From contig CBDCTA010000018.1 in assembly GCA_965221955.1 (NCBI GenBank), forward strand, positions 160,001 to 224,000: a DNA stretch of 64,000 nt, given 5' to 3'. This document shows, piece after piece, positions 30,949 to 40,407 of this stretch. Made by a program: the position numbers and the translations under genes. The notes beneath the pieces were generated by a model that was not told the DNA's origin, did not search any database, and was given only the letters and a program-made list of their open reading frames with translations. Position 1 is the first letter of the stretch; every line of letters begins with the position of its first letter. The DNA is from Gammaproteobacteria bacterium. GTDB lineage: Bacteria > Pseudomonadota > Gammaproteobacteria > UBA4575.

Positions 30949-32220
30949 TTAAAATTTAATCGTCCATGCGATATCTGCATCAAAACCTGACTCGTATCCT
31001 ATTCGTGTCCCTTCTCCTACCTGACTAAATAAGTCACCACTTCCGTCATCTTTTTCAGTGTGACCTAATTTGTACACGATACTTGCAGCGATTGAGTTTC
31101 TTTTAGTTTTACCGAATGCATATTCACCACCAGCAGCAATACTAGTTTGATATACAGTTGGAGCTAATGAGTTTGCAAAGACAACATCAGATCGAACGGG
31201 TGATCTTCCATAATTGACACCCGCTCGCAAAGTAATGTTTGGTGTGTATTTATATTGTGTGCCTAAACCTACGGTGTGTTGATCAACGTAACCAAAGCCG
31301 CCTTCAGTGGGCTCTTTTTCAAAAAGTCTAATTTCTTCCCACCCAATCCATTTGTAATCAAGTGTAAGATCCCATTTTGGTGTGACATGCCATGCAAGCC
31401 CTACTCGAAATTCAGGCGGTAATTCAAAATCTGGAATAACATCTTTATATGGACCAAATTCTTCAAAGCGTGTTTTTGCTTGATAGGCGACACCAACAGA
31501 CCATTGATCATTAAAGTCATAGATCAAGCCTACATGTGGTGCATATCCATATGAAATTTCAAGATCACCACTGCCTTCTGTTTGAGGAAAAGCAGCAGGA
31601 GTTGCACTTGGTGTGGGAACCGCAAAATCTCCAGAAAAGAAGGCCGCACTTATTTGCAATGAAGCGCCTAGGGTAAGGTTTTCGTACAAATCATAAGATA
31701 CGGCCGGAACGGCTTTGAGTACAAACAAGAAGGATTCAGTATCATAATCTTGATCGCCTTCAAGTAACGCAGGATTCAATCTTGGTGTTTCGTACTGGGC
31801 ACCTTCACCTGCGACACCTGCAATGGTGGCTCCAAATGCCCACTTAGAATCCTCAGCTTTATATGACACTCCAGAGAAAGGAGTTATATAAACAGTTTGA
31901 CCACTTTTTTCTTTACCAGAGTTAGGATTAGCGACACCTGCTCCTACTGTATTTCGCAAGTCTCTAAAGCGTTCTGCTTTTAACCAATGTGCACCTATGT
32001 CAACATGATTCCCTAACTTACCCAAACCTGCTGGGTTAACTAAAATTGTTGAGGTATCAACAGGTAATGCCCCATTTGCACCCCCCATTGCTCTATTTCT
32101 TGGACCAACGCCATAAAAAATTAAACCATTAATAGCCATTGCATCGGTTGCAATAATTGAAACAAAAACCACAAGGCCAATAAGATATTTATAAATATTA
32201 TTTTTTATATAGTTCTTCAT
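30949..32220 (-). CDS. OmpP1/FadL/TodX-family outer-membrane channel
   Basis: Signal peptide; NGLIFYGVGPRNRAMGG..VNPAGL hatch motif; LRAGVNYG; C-terminal Phe. Confidence 0.88.
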   Translation of the reverse strand: MKNYIKNNIYKYLIGLVVFVSIIATDAMAINGLIFYGVGPRNRAMGGANGALPVDTSTILVNPAGLGKLGNHVDIGAHWLKAERFRDLRNTVGAGVANPNSGKEKSGQTVYITPFSGVSYKAEDSKWAFGATIAGVAGEGAQYETPRLNPALLEGDQDYDTESFLFVLKAVPAVSYDLYENLTLGASLQISAAFFSGDFAVPTPSATPAAFPQTEGSGDLEISYGYAPHVGLIYDFNDQWSVGVAYQAKTRFEEFGPYKDVIPDFELPPEFRVGLAWHVTPKWDLTLDYKWIGWEEIRLFEKEPTEGGFGYVDQHTVGLGTQYKYTPNITLRAGVNYGRSPVRSDVVFANSLAPTVYQTSIAAGGEYAFGKTKRNSIAASIVYKLGHTEKDDGSGDLFSQVGEGTRIGYESGFDADIAWTIKF

Positions 32221-32363
32221 ACTTCCTCCCTACTTGTTAGGAAGGTATTAAACCTTTACGAAGATGCTATTTATATACGGGCAATTACTTCATGTAATTG
32301 TGTTAATACGATTTAAATTAAGTGATGATATAGAAATATATTGTAGTTAGTACGTACTTTGAA

Positions 32364-32396
32364 CGTAAAAGTACGTATAAATATAGTATTTATACG
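32364..32396. promoter_or_regulatory. Tandem CGTA-N4-TACG boxes upstream of fadL-like gene
   Basis: CGTA-aaag-TACG at 32364 and aGTA-ttta-TACG at 32385 (21 bp apart). Confidence 0.55.
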
Positions 32397-33019
32397 CTTA
32401 AATCGTTTTGACTTTTTTCAATTTGCAATAAATTAACTAAAAGTTCTTGCGATGTTTTTGCATTCATCTTTTTTAAGATACTTGAGCGATGTCCCTCAAT
32501 AGTGCGATGACTAACATTCATTTTTTTAGCAATTTCTTTTGAACGCAAACCTTCTACAATATAATTACATACTTCTTTCTCTCGATCTGTTAGTTCATCA
32601 TAGAGCGTGTTGAACTTTGATTGCTCAGAAAAGGATTTTCTAGCCTGTATATCTAGTTTAATTGCTTTACTAATACGGTCCAGAAGTGTTTGGTTTCGAA
32701 ATGGCTTTTCAATAAAATCGATTGCACCTTTTTGAATTACTTCAACAGCCATGGGAATATCACCATGTCCAGAAATTATGATAACTGGTAATTGTATATT
32801 TCTATCAATCAACCATTCCTGCAGCTCTAAACCGCCCATTCCATTCATACGAACATCTAAAATTAGTATAGATGGTATTTTTGCATCAAAAGTTGATATG
32901 AATGACTCTGCAGATTGATGACTAACTGGGTTAAGCCCAATAGACTCTACTAATTTAGCCACAGCATCACGTACCGCAGCATCATCGTCAATTATATGTA
33001 TTATGTAATCTTCATGCAT
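32390..33019 (-). CDS. FixJ/TtrR-family response regulator
   Basis: IIDDDAAVR, LDVRM, SGHGDIPMAV, DFIEKPF, LTDREKEV..SHRTIEGHR. Confidence 0.93.
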   Translation of the reverse strand: MHEDYIIHIIDDDAAVRDAVAKLVESIGLNPVSHQSAESFISTFDAKIPSILILDVRMNGMGGLELQEWLIDRNIQLPVIIISGHGDIPMAVEVIQKGAIDFIEKPFRNQTLLDRISKAIKLDIQARKSFSEQSKFNTLYDELTDREKEVCNYIVEGLRSKEIAKKMNVSHRTIEGHRSSILKKMNAKTSQELLVNLLQIEKSQNDLSV

Positions 33020-34232
33020 ATTGCTTTTCTAGGTTTGAAACGCTATTTACATTGCTTAGCGAAAAGATAAATTCTGTTCCTAAGTTATTGCTTTCTTTAA
33101 TCCAAATATTTCCTTTATGAGCTTTAATTATAGACCTACAGATAGAAAGACCCATACCCAGTCCATCGCGCTTAGTTGTAAAGTAAGGATTAAGAACTTG
33201 AGATCTGTTTTGCTCAGAAATGCCTCCACCATTATCTTTTACACTTACTAAGACATTGTTATCAGAATTACTTTGAGCATTTATATAAATCTCTCGCCTT
33301 CTGAAATCATTTGGCATCGCTTCAGTTGCGTTTTTAATTAAATTAATGAAAACGTGCTCTAACTGTACTCGATCACCAATCACTAATGGTAGGTTTTTGT
33401 CTGTTTGAAGTATCAGATTGGTTTTATGTTGTTCAAGGAAATAATTAATCATTAATTTAACATCAACAAGCAGTTCATTAAGATCAACTTCAGTGAAATT
33501 CATATCCCGTTTGCTTGCCAAACTTCTAATCCAAGATACAATTTGACTAGCTCTCTGTGCTTGTTCTGATATCAAGTTCAATGTTTCTGATATAGACTCT
33601 GAACCGGAATCATTTGTCTTAAGCAATGTATTACACGTTTCTGCATAGCTTGAGATAGCACATAATGGTTGATTCAATTCATGGGCAATTCCAGATGCGA
33701 CCTCACCCATCGTGCTAACTTTGCATACATGGTCAAGCTCAAGTTGACGTTTTTGTAGCTTTCGCTCAAGTTGCATCCTTTCTGTTACGTCGCGTGTTAT
33801 TGCCAGTAGAGCAGTTATTTGTTTGTTTTGGTCACGCAAAGGAACAGCATTTGACTCCAACCAACGTTCAGTACCTTTTTGACCACGTATTTTAAATGTC
33901 ATGCTTTGATGCATACCATTAAATACATTTTCAGTTAATTGTTTATATTGCGGATGATGCTCACTACTAATAAACTCATATACCGTTTTACCTAATACAT
34001 CTGTAGCATTTTCTACTTCAAGTAAATTAAGCCCTGCCTGATTCATTTCAAGCACATAACCATCTTTATCTTGAAGTTTTACGCACTCAGGTTGCGACTC
34101 GATAACTGTCGTCAATCTTATTTCTTTTTCTTTTAATTTTTTTCTTATATTAAGAAGAATGATCAAGAGTATTGATAACGTTGCTATCAATAAAAAAATA
34201 GCTCCAAAGTAAACGAAGGGAACACTGGCCAT
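33012..34232 (-). CDS. PAS sensor histidine kinase (FixL-like)
   Basis: N-terminal TM, PAS (SQPECVK..MNQAGL), IAHELNQPL, DRVQLEHVFINL, GLGMGLSIC. Confidence 0.92.
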   Translation of the reverse strand: MASVPFVYFGAIFLLIATLSILLIILLNIRKKLKEKEIRLTTVIESQPECVKLQDKDGYVLEMNQAGLNLLEVENATDVLGKTVYEFISSEHHPQYKQLTENVFNGMHQSMTFKIRGQKGTERWLESNAVPLRDQNKQITALLAITRDVTERMQLERKLQKRQLELDHVCKVSTMGEVASGIAHELNQPLCAISSYAETCNTLLKTNDSGSESISETLNLISEQAQRASQIVSWIRSLASKRDMNFTEVDLNELLVDVKLMINYFLEQHKTNLILQTDKNLPLVIGDRVQLEHVFINLIKNATEAMPNDFRRREIYINAQSNSDNNVLVSVKDNGGGISEQNRSQVLNPYFTTKRDGLGMGLSICRSIIKAHKGNIWIKESNNLGTEFIFSLSNVNSVSNLEKQYA

Positions 34233-34345
34233 GTAACACCTCTAAACAATATAAATGCTTAAATATATTGTATACCCACACGCAAAAAATGCTCGGAATT
34301 AGCACATGAAATCTTGATAAATCTGAAAATATTTTTACTTATGCA

Positions 34346-34379
34346 CGTAGAACTACGCATTTCTCATAGTATAAATACG
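34346..34379. promoter_or_regulatory. Tandem CGTA-N4-TACG boxes upstream of the sensor kinase
   Basis: CGTAG-aa-CTACG at 34346 and aGTA-taaa-TACG at 34368 (22 bp apart). Confidence 0.55.
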
Positions 34380-34709
34380 CACATGCAAACTGAAAATCAA
34401 TTAAACCCATATAAAAGTAGTGATTAAATAAGACTGCTTTCGACAAAGTGAAATGTCGTTTTTTAAGCTTTATTCTTACTATATACGAATCAATGCATAC
34501 GCTTTATAGAAATGAGAAAAATAATTGTATTAAGATATTTAAATACAATTTACGGACTCGTTGCGCTTCGTTGAGCACAAAAAATAAATTAAGCATTGAT
34601 TGTAAGAAACCAATACAAGAACTTAGTAAGCAAAATATGCTTATTGAATTTCACAATAAAGTATCTAAAATTAATTAATTACTTTAAGTTTTTAAAACTC
34701 GATTAATAG

Positions 34710-35222
34710 TCAGCACTTTCTCCACAAATTAAATAACTGTGAAATAATTATGATTATTAAAACGTTTATCAATATTGGAGTTATAAGCAATTGGTATCCG
34801 AACTGATGCACTGCGGGGCCTCCTATTACTGCAAATAAAGTAGTAGCGCCAGCAGGAGGGTGTGTGCAACGAGCGTAGTACATGGCAGTAATTGAAACGC
34901 CTACTGCTGCACCAGCCGCAATCAAGTCAACACTAATATATTTCGCACAAGTAATACCAATAAATCCTGAAATTAAATGGCCGCCAAGCACATTCCATGG
35001 TTGTGTCAAAGAACTATATGGTGCTGCAAAAAGCAAGACTGCTGACGAGCCCATTGACGCAATAATGAATAGAGCAGTCATCTCGTTATAAATATAGATA
35101 TTACAAATAAAATAAATGCTCGCGATCCCAATAAAGCCTCCGAGACCGGACATGAATCCTTCAATATGATTGAGCGACTGTGTATGTACGCCCAACACTT
35201 TGAGTAATTTATTTTCCTTCAT
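34710..35222 (-). CDS. HPP family membrane protein
   Basis: ASMGSSAVLLFAAPYS.LTQPWNVLGGH and CTHPPAGAT. Confidence 0.92.
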   Translation of the reverse strand: MKENKLLKVLGVHTQSLNHIEGFMSGLGGFIGIASIYFICNIYIYNEMTALFIIASMGSSAVLLFAAPYSSLTQPWNVLGGHLISGFIGITCAKYISVDLIAAGAAVGVSITAMYYARCTHPPAGATTLFAVIGGPAVHQFGYQLLITPILINVLIIIIISQLFNLWRKC

Positions 35223-35260
35223 TATGGTTATTTATTTTATTAATTTGTATTATTTTTAAA

Positions 35261-35893
35261 TTACTTAAATATTTTGATAATCAAAAATAAAGAAAATATT
35301 CCTGCGACATATAAAATACTTTCACCTAATATTTTTTGTTCATCTATCAAGTAATAATTGCATAACCGAACAGGTGCCTCGATATACAACCATGCGAGCA
35401 CAAACAACATACTTATTAAGTTTGTACAAATAAATGATTTGGTTATTTCACCAGAGCTTTTCCAACCTAAAACAAATGTCGCGCCCAATAATAATGGCAA
35501 TGAAATAAATTTAAGCGCCTCAAATGAACCATGTTCCAGTGAAGCATCTAAGTTACGTGGCAACATCCAGAACATTGCAGTAGTCAGTGCGATAATGAGC
35601 AATGGCAATGCAAAATGATATGCAATGCGTAGTTGAAATTTATTTATAAAGTGGTTTATCATCCATGCACCACATAACACTAATAGTGGAATTTGCACCA
35701 ACATATGTGAAAGCATGGACTGTTCTAGGAAACTTCTTGCCACAGGTGTTGCTAGCAGCAAATAAATCACCAACACAAACCACAAGCAATATTTATTGAA
35801 CATAATAAAAACAGATGTGGATTTGGCTTTAACTAATGATGCATCTGCGTCATAGGCACTTGGTGATGTATAGAGTGTAGATTTAACTTGCAT
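35261..35893 (-). CDS. Membrane protein of the sNOR cluster (assembly-factor-like)
   Basis: Multi-TM; LEQSMLSHMLVQIPLL, FWMLPR, APVRLCNYYL; follows the SCO gene; start uncertain. Confidence 0.65.
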   Translation of the reverse strand: MQVKSTLYTSPSAYDADASLVKAKSTSVFIMFNKYCLWFVLVIYLLLATPVARSFLEQSMLSHMLVQIPLLVLCGAWMINHFINKFQLRIAYHFALPLLIIALTTAMFWMLPRNLDASLEHGSFEALKFISLPLLLGATFVLGWKSSGEITKSFICTNLISMLFVLAWLYIEAPVRLCNYYLIDEQKILGESILYVAGIFSLFLIIKIFK

Positions 35894-35899
35894 GTTACT

Positions 35900-36523
35900 T
35901 TACATCTGATGTGTAACATCTAAAGAAATGAAACTTAAGTCTTTCGCAATTGGATCGATCAATTCGTAATCATAAATTTTGGCAAGCTTTCCATATTGAT
36001 TTACTAAGTGTATGGCGCCATTGTGCTCAAACTGATTGTTGGGTGCAGGAATGACAACAATACCAAACACATCTAACAGCTCTTGTAAATCATGTTGTTT
36101 TTTTACAGTTGCAAATTTCCAGAATGTTGAATCAGCCTTCACAGATTCAGCGTACTTGGATAACTTTTTTGTGGTATCTCGTTCAGGATCAAAGCTTACC
36201 GTAAGCAGTACAACTTGATCTTGTAGATTTTTTTGTACTAATTTTTCTTGTATTTTAATAAAGCTTTGCGTCATCATCGGACAAATACCAACGCAATTAG
36301 TAAAAATAAAATCTACTAATACATGTTTTCCTTTCAAATCTTGAAAATAGATAACTTCATTACTTGAACTCATTAATGGAATATTTGGTATATCTACAGG
36401 GCTCTTCATTATTTGATGGCGTCGAAGACCCTCAGAGGTAAATACCGTTAAGCCATTAGTCGAATAAAATAGAAACACGACACATAAGGTCAGTGTTAGT
36501 GCCGTGTTAACTATTGCTTTCAT
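35900..36523 (-). CDS. SCO/SenC copper chaperone
   Basis: DFIFTNCVGICP (CxxxC), SFDPERD, conserved His in FEHNG. Confidence 0.93.
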   Translation of the reverse strand: MKAIVNTALTLTLCVVFLFYSTNGLTVFTSEGLRRHQIMKSPVDIPNIPLMSSSNEVIYFQDLKGKHVLVDFIFTNCVGICPMMTQSFIKIQEKLVQKNLQDQVVLLTVSFDPERDTTKKLSKYAESVKADSTFWKFATVKKQHDLQELLDVFGIVVIPAPNNQFEHNGAIHLVNQYGKLAKIYDYELIDPIAKDLSFISLDVTHQM

Positions 36524-36543
36524 ACAAATGTACTTATTTGCTA

Positions 36544-37980
36544 TTACGCAGGCTTAGATTTTAAACGAAAGATAAATCGTATGGTGAAGATAGTGGCTCC
36601 TAGTAAAACAAATATTGCAATGATCGATGCAATATTTGAATAGCTTTGCCACTCCGGGAAATGCACTGCAAATCTTCTAGCTACACCTTCTTTACCAGAA
36701 ACAAGAAACATGAATACAAATGCTGTGCCTGCAATGGCATACATCCAGAAACCACCGCGATCAAGAGCATTATCCTGTTGTTGTTTTTCGGCTTTTATTA
36801 AGTAATACATAAAACCAAATACCATCGCTACCATTCCAAGTATCAGATAGAAATGGAAATGGCCCGGCACCCACATAGTGTTGTGCATGACATGATTAAT
36901 CGCAATGGTTCCATCAATTACGGCTGGAACAACTCCACCGGCCCAGCCGAAGATTGATAAGAATAATAATCCAGACGCCATGTCCCATTTAATTCCGGAA
37001 CGATGCACAATAGCTAAAGTTCCCAACGTAGTCACTAGTAACACTGGGAATCCACTTGCATAAGAAATGACTTGACCCATCACCAACATCCAAGTAGGCA
37101 TAACAAAATCCATAAATAAATGATGAGGGTAAACGATCAACACCATAATCGTAGATGCTGTCCAAGCTGCTAAGAATACTTTATTCGATTTCCATGGGCG
37201 ATTTGTATAACGAGGCATAATTTCGTATACAGAAATGATCGCCATGTAGATAGTGGCGTTTATAAAAGTATGTCCAAAAAAGTAAATTAAGTTTTTGGCA
37301 AGTAGCGGATTAATGTTAAATGAAGGCACCAATATATTGATAATCATCATGATTAATATTGAAGCACCTGCAACTAATGCCAAGGTATTTACTATAGTAA
37401 CCATAGTACTAGCTACGACGGTAGGGGGCGGTGCATTTCCATCGTCATTACCAAACAACTGCGGCCAGCCTAATGACTTACCAAAACCACCGTATTTGGA
37501 AATAATTGCGCGCGCAGAATCCAAATAAAACAATAAGAAACCAACCCCAACTAACAACACGCCTGTAAGAAAAAGTACTGCCGAACCAGGTGACCATGCA
37601 CCTGCAGATTTTCCAGGTAAAGGATATAAGAATGTCCAAGCACCACCAAATTTTCCAAGAAAAATTGACGCTAAGATACAAACTACACCCGCAAGAAACA
37701 GCAATAAGTTAGTAACTAAAATACCGGTAGATAATTCAACATATTGTCGTAGGAAGTACCACATAATTGCAGCACCTCCTAAGCCGGCAATTCCCACCAT
37801 ACCCACACCATGTGCGGTCATTATTTGGTAAAACAAATCAGGGCCAAGGTTAACTGACCCACCCTGTGCAGCGCGCATGATTAAACCAAGCAACATCATT
37901 AGTACAACTACTGCTCCAAAGATTGCAATGTAAGCATAGATCGTACGCTTACCGCCTTCCGGAATGGTTAATGTATTCAT
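36544..37980 (-). CDS. Heme-copper oxidase superfamily subunit I, sNOR-type nitric oxide reductase
   Basis: MTAHG, WTFLYPL, FFGHTFIN (Asn at the cross-link Tyr position), YPHH, MHNTMWVPGHFH; GGAGG before ATG 37980. Confidence 0.8.
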   Translation of the reverse strand: MNTLTIPEGGKRTIYAYIAIFGAVVVLMMLLGLIMRAAQGGSVNLGPDLFYQIMTAHGVGMVGIAGLGGAAIMWYFLRQYVELSTGILVTNLLLFLAGVVCILASIFLGKFGGAWTFLYPLPGKSAGAWSPGSAVLFLTGVLLVGVGFLLFYLDSARAIISKYGGFGKSLGWPQLFGNDDGNAPPPTVVASTMVTIVNTLALVAGASILIMMIINILVPSFNINPLLAKNLIYFFGHTFINATIYMAIISVYEIMPRYTNRPWKSNKVFLAAWTASTIMVLIVYPHHLFMDFVMPTWMLVMGQVISYASGFPVLLVTTLGTLAIVHRSGIKWDMASGLLFLSIFGWAGGVVPAVIDGTIAINHVMHNTMWVPGHFHFYLILGMVAMVFGFMYYLIKAEKQQQDNALDRGGFWMYAIAGTAFVFMFLVSGKEGVARRFAVHFPEWQSYSNIASIIAIFVLLGATIFTIRFIFRLKSKPA

Positions 37981-37998
37981 TATTTTTTCCTCCATTAA

Positions 37999-38514
37999 TT
38001 ATTCACTTACAGTAATTTCAGCTACCATGGCATGGTGCGCGAGACCACAATATTCAAGACACAGAACTTTATAAGTCCCCGCCTTGGGGAAATTCACGAG
38101 TAAATTATTTTCGTAATCAGGCATCGCTTGAGTTTGCGCTAAAACATTCATATCTGGGTCATAAATTGCAAACCCATGATTTACGTCTGCTGAAGTCACT
38201 TTATATAAAACATGTTCACCTACCTTCGCTGTCATATCATCAATTTTCCAATACCATTGATAACCTATAGCGTTAACTGTTTTTGATGCGACAGGATCAC
38301 TAACATATGGCACTTTTGTTAAGGTAAACCCAATGACAGGAATCACTACTAATAAAAATAAAATAAACAACTTTTTTCTTAGACTGTATGCATTTTTTTG
38401 AATGGGCGCATATTCAGCAGAGCTACTTGATGCGCTCAATGCATATTTGATAAAAATTAACGCTAACAGTCCTACTAATATAATTGTCGTTATCCAGGAA
38501 ATATTTTGGTACAT
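37999..38514 (-). CDS. CuA-containing subunit II of the sNOR-type complex
   Basis: GYQWYW, SADVNHGF, CLEYCGLAHHAM; AGGAGAG before ATG 38514. Confidence 0.88.
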   Translation of the reverse strand: MYQNISWITTIILVGLLALIFIKYALSASSSSAEYAPIQKNAYSLRKKLFILFLLVVIPVIGFTLTKVPYVSDPVASKTVNAIGYQWYWKIDDMTAKVGEHVLYKVTSADVNHGFAIYDPDMNVLAQTQAMPDYENNLLVNFPKAGTYKVLCLEYCGLAHHAMVAEITVSE

Positions 38515-38524
38515 AATCTCTCTC

Positions 38525-38848
38525 CTATTCGCATGACAGGCTGGCATAGAATGCCGCCAAGTTTTGAATATCTTCTTCTGATAATGAAGCAACAATTGGA
38601 GCCATCATTGCATTTGTGCGACTACCATTTTTATAAGCCGTGATCGCACTCATTAAATACTGTTCTTTTTGGCCTGCTAAATTAGGGTAAATTGGTATTG
38701 GACTAATGCCCTCCGGCCCATGACATGCGGCACATACTGCAGATTTTTCTTTGCCTACTTGTACATCTTCAGCTTTAGATGGGGAAAAATTCACTGAAAA
38801 AATTACAAATAAAATAAATAAAGTTATTGTTTTATAAGGAAATATCAT
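38525..38848 (-). CDS. Monoheme cytochrome c (c553/c4-like)
   Basis: Signal peptide, CAACH, YPNLAGQ, axial Met in NAMM. Confidence 0.93.
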   Translation of the reverse strand: MIFPYKTITLFILFVIFSVNFSPSKAEDVQVGKEKSAVCAACHGPEGISPIPIYPNLAGQKEQYLMSAITAYKNGSRTNAMMAPIVASLSEEDIQNLAAFYASLSCE

Positions 38849-38860
38849 AATATTTACTCC

Positions 38861-38939
38861 TTATCCCATAAGATCTATTTAAAATAAATGGTTAAGCTAT
38901 ACATTATTCAATCTAAATTAAATAGATCTTATGGGATAA
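38861..38939. repeat. Perfect 22-bp inverted repeat containing NsrR-like half sites
   Basis: TTATCCCATAAGATCTATTTAA (38861-38882) and its reverse complement (38918-38939), 35-bp spacer. Confidence 0.9.
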
Positions 38940-38994
38940 AATTATAGAACTTAAAACTGATAGAGTGATTGAAACGTATATAAAGGATTTATTT

Positions 38995-39429
38995 ATGAGA
39001 GTGACAAAATTTTCAGATTATGCATTGCGAGTATTGATATATCTCGCAAGCAAACCTGACGATGAATTAACTACCATTTCACAACTTGCTGATGCTTATT
39101 CTATATCTGTGCATCATGTGCGAATGGTTGTTCATAAATTAGGCCAATTAGGCTATATCAATTGTGTTCAAGGTAAAGGTGGTGGAATTGAACTTGCGTA
39201 TGAACCCCGTGAGATTTCGATAGGTGATGTTATAAGTAATACAGAATCAGATTTTTACTTGGTTGAATGCTATAACCCTGAAGGTAATTGTTCCATTGTT
39301 AATGCTTGTAAGTTGCAGCATATATTAAATGATGCACTGAAAGCATTTTTAGAAACTTTAAATAAATATACATTGGAAGATATTACTAATAACAAAAAAA
39401 GTATTATGAGATTGTTGCCAGTAGCGTAA
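38995..39429 (+). CDS. nsrR: Rrf2-family NO-sensing repressor NsrR
   Basis: MRVTKFSDYALRVLIYLA, QGKGGG, three Cys (VECY..GNCSI..ACKL); divergent from the NO reductase cluster. Confidence 0.82.
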   Translation: MRVTKFSDYALRVLIYLASKPDDELTTISQLADAYSISVHHVRMVVHKLGQLGYINCVQGKGGGIELAYEPREISIGDVISNTESDFYLVECYNPEGNCSIVNACKLQHILNDALKAFLETLNKYTLEDITNNKKSIMRLLPVA

Positions 39430-39629
39430 CTAAATATTTCAGCATACTTATTTTGAGCTTTTTAAAAGATAACGAAAGGTATGCGAGTCGATACATAGTA
39501 GGTAATAACAATAGCGTGTTCTTGGGAATTTAAACAATTACCAAAAGAATATTCTGGCAAGCCGCTAAAAATTAGCGAACTGATTAACTATGGTCATATA
39601 CTTTGGGCGCAATAAAAAACAAATTCAAA

Positions 39630-39657
39630 ATGTCTGCTAACGACCCAAAGCGGACAT
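39630..39657. repeat. Short palindromic element ATGTCTGCT-N10-AGCGGACAT
   Basis: Imperfect 9-bp inverted repeat upstream of the 39727 gene; half copy AAAGCAGACAT at 40418-40428 after it. Confidence 0.5.
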
Positions 39658-39726
39658 GCTTATATTATTTTAGTAGCTGCGACATTTATGCAACATTGCT
39701 ATGGATTAAGATACTAGGAGTATTTC

Positions 39727-40407
39727 ATGCAATCCTATTCAGAGTTAATAGCAAAGGCTCTTGACAATCTTAAGCACATTAAATTTTATCGAAGAAATAT
39801 ATACCAGCTCTACATGGTGTGTTTATACTGCACGATACTAGAGCTTTCTGAAACACTAATTTTTCTTACAAAGAATAAGAAAGGTGTGGGAATACCAATT
39901 TTGAGCCGTACATTACTTGAAGCGTATGTGGACTTAAAAAATTTAGAGCTAAATCCAGATTATTGCTACAGCATGGACGCAAGCAATATCAAAGAGTGGT
40001 TGAGAATAGCAACAGAAGCCGGAACTCTTGAAAATGATTATCTAAGAAAGTTAGCGGATCATGAAGATTTAAATGATCAAATCACTGAGTGGAAGAAAGA
40101 ACTAGAGCAACTAAGTCAAAATGGCCATCAAGTTTTAAATCAACTTGAAAAATTTCGTAATGTCGAGATGCAGGAGGAATATCGATCTATTTATAATTTT
40201 TTGTGCTGCGAAACTCACAACAATATTAGGTCGTTACAAAAACGACACATACAATTCATCAATGATGAGGCTGATTTTAAAGTGGTCGCATTTACTGAAT
40301 TTATAAGTAACGAAGATGATAGTTATTTAAATATATGCCAAGAGCTCCTTGAAGAAGCGTGCAAGGCAATCCATAGTACTTTCAAAACTGGCAGATGGAA
40401 TGATTAA
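39727..40407 (+). CDS. DUF5677-like hypothetical protein
   Basis: ILSRTLLEAYVDL and YRSIYNFLCCETH patterns; AGGAG RBS. Confidence 0.6.
   Translation: MQSYSELIAKALDNLKHIKFYRRNIYQLYMVCLYCTILELSETLIFLTKNKKGVGIPILSRTLLEAYVDLKNLELNPDYCYSMDASNIKEWLRIATEAGTLENDYLRKLADHEDLNDQITEWKKELEQLSQNGHQVLNQLEKFRNVEMQEEYRSIYNFLCCETHNNIRSLQKRHIQFINDEADFKVVAFTEFISNEDDSYLNICQELLEEACKAIHSTFKTGRWND

Noticed and set aside
34448-34678. 76-aa plus-strand ORF
   Set aside because: AT-rich intergenic sequence, no SD or motif; probably spurious.
36544-38514. Annotation as cbb3 or aa3 cytochrome c oxidase
   Set aside because: The helix VI cross-link Tyr is replaced by Asn, there are no ccoOP or subunit III genes, and NsrR is adjacent.
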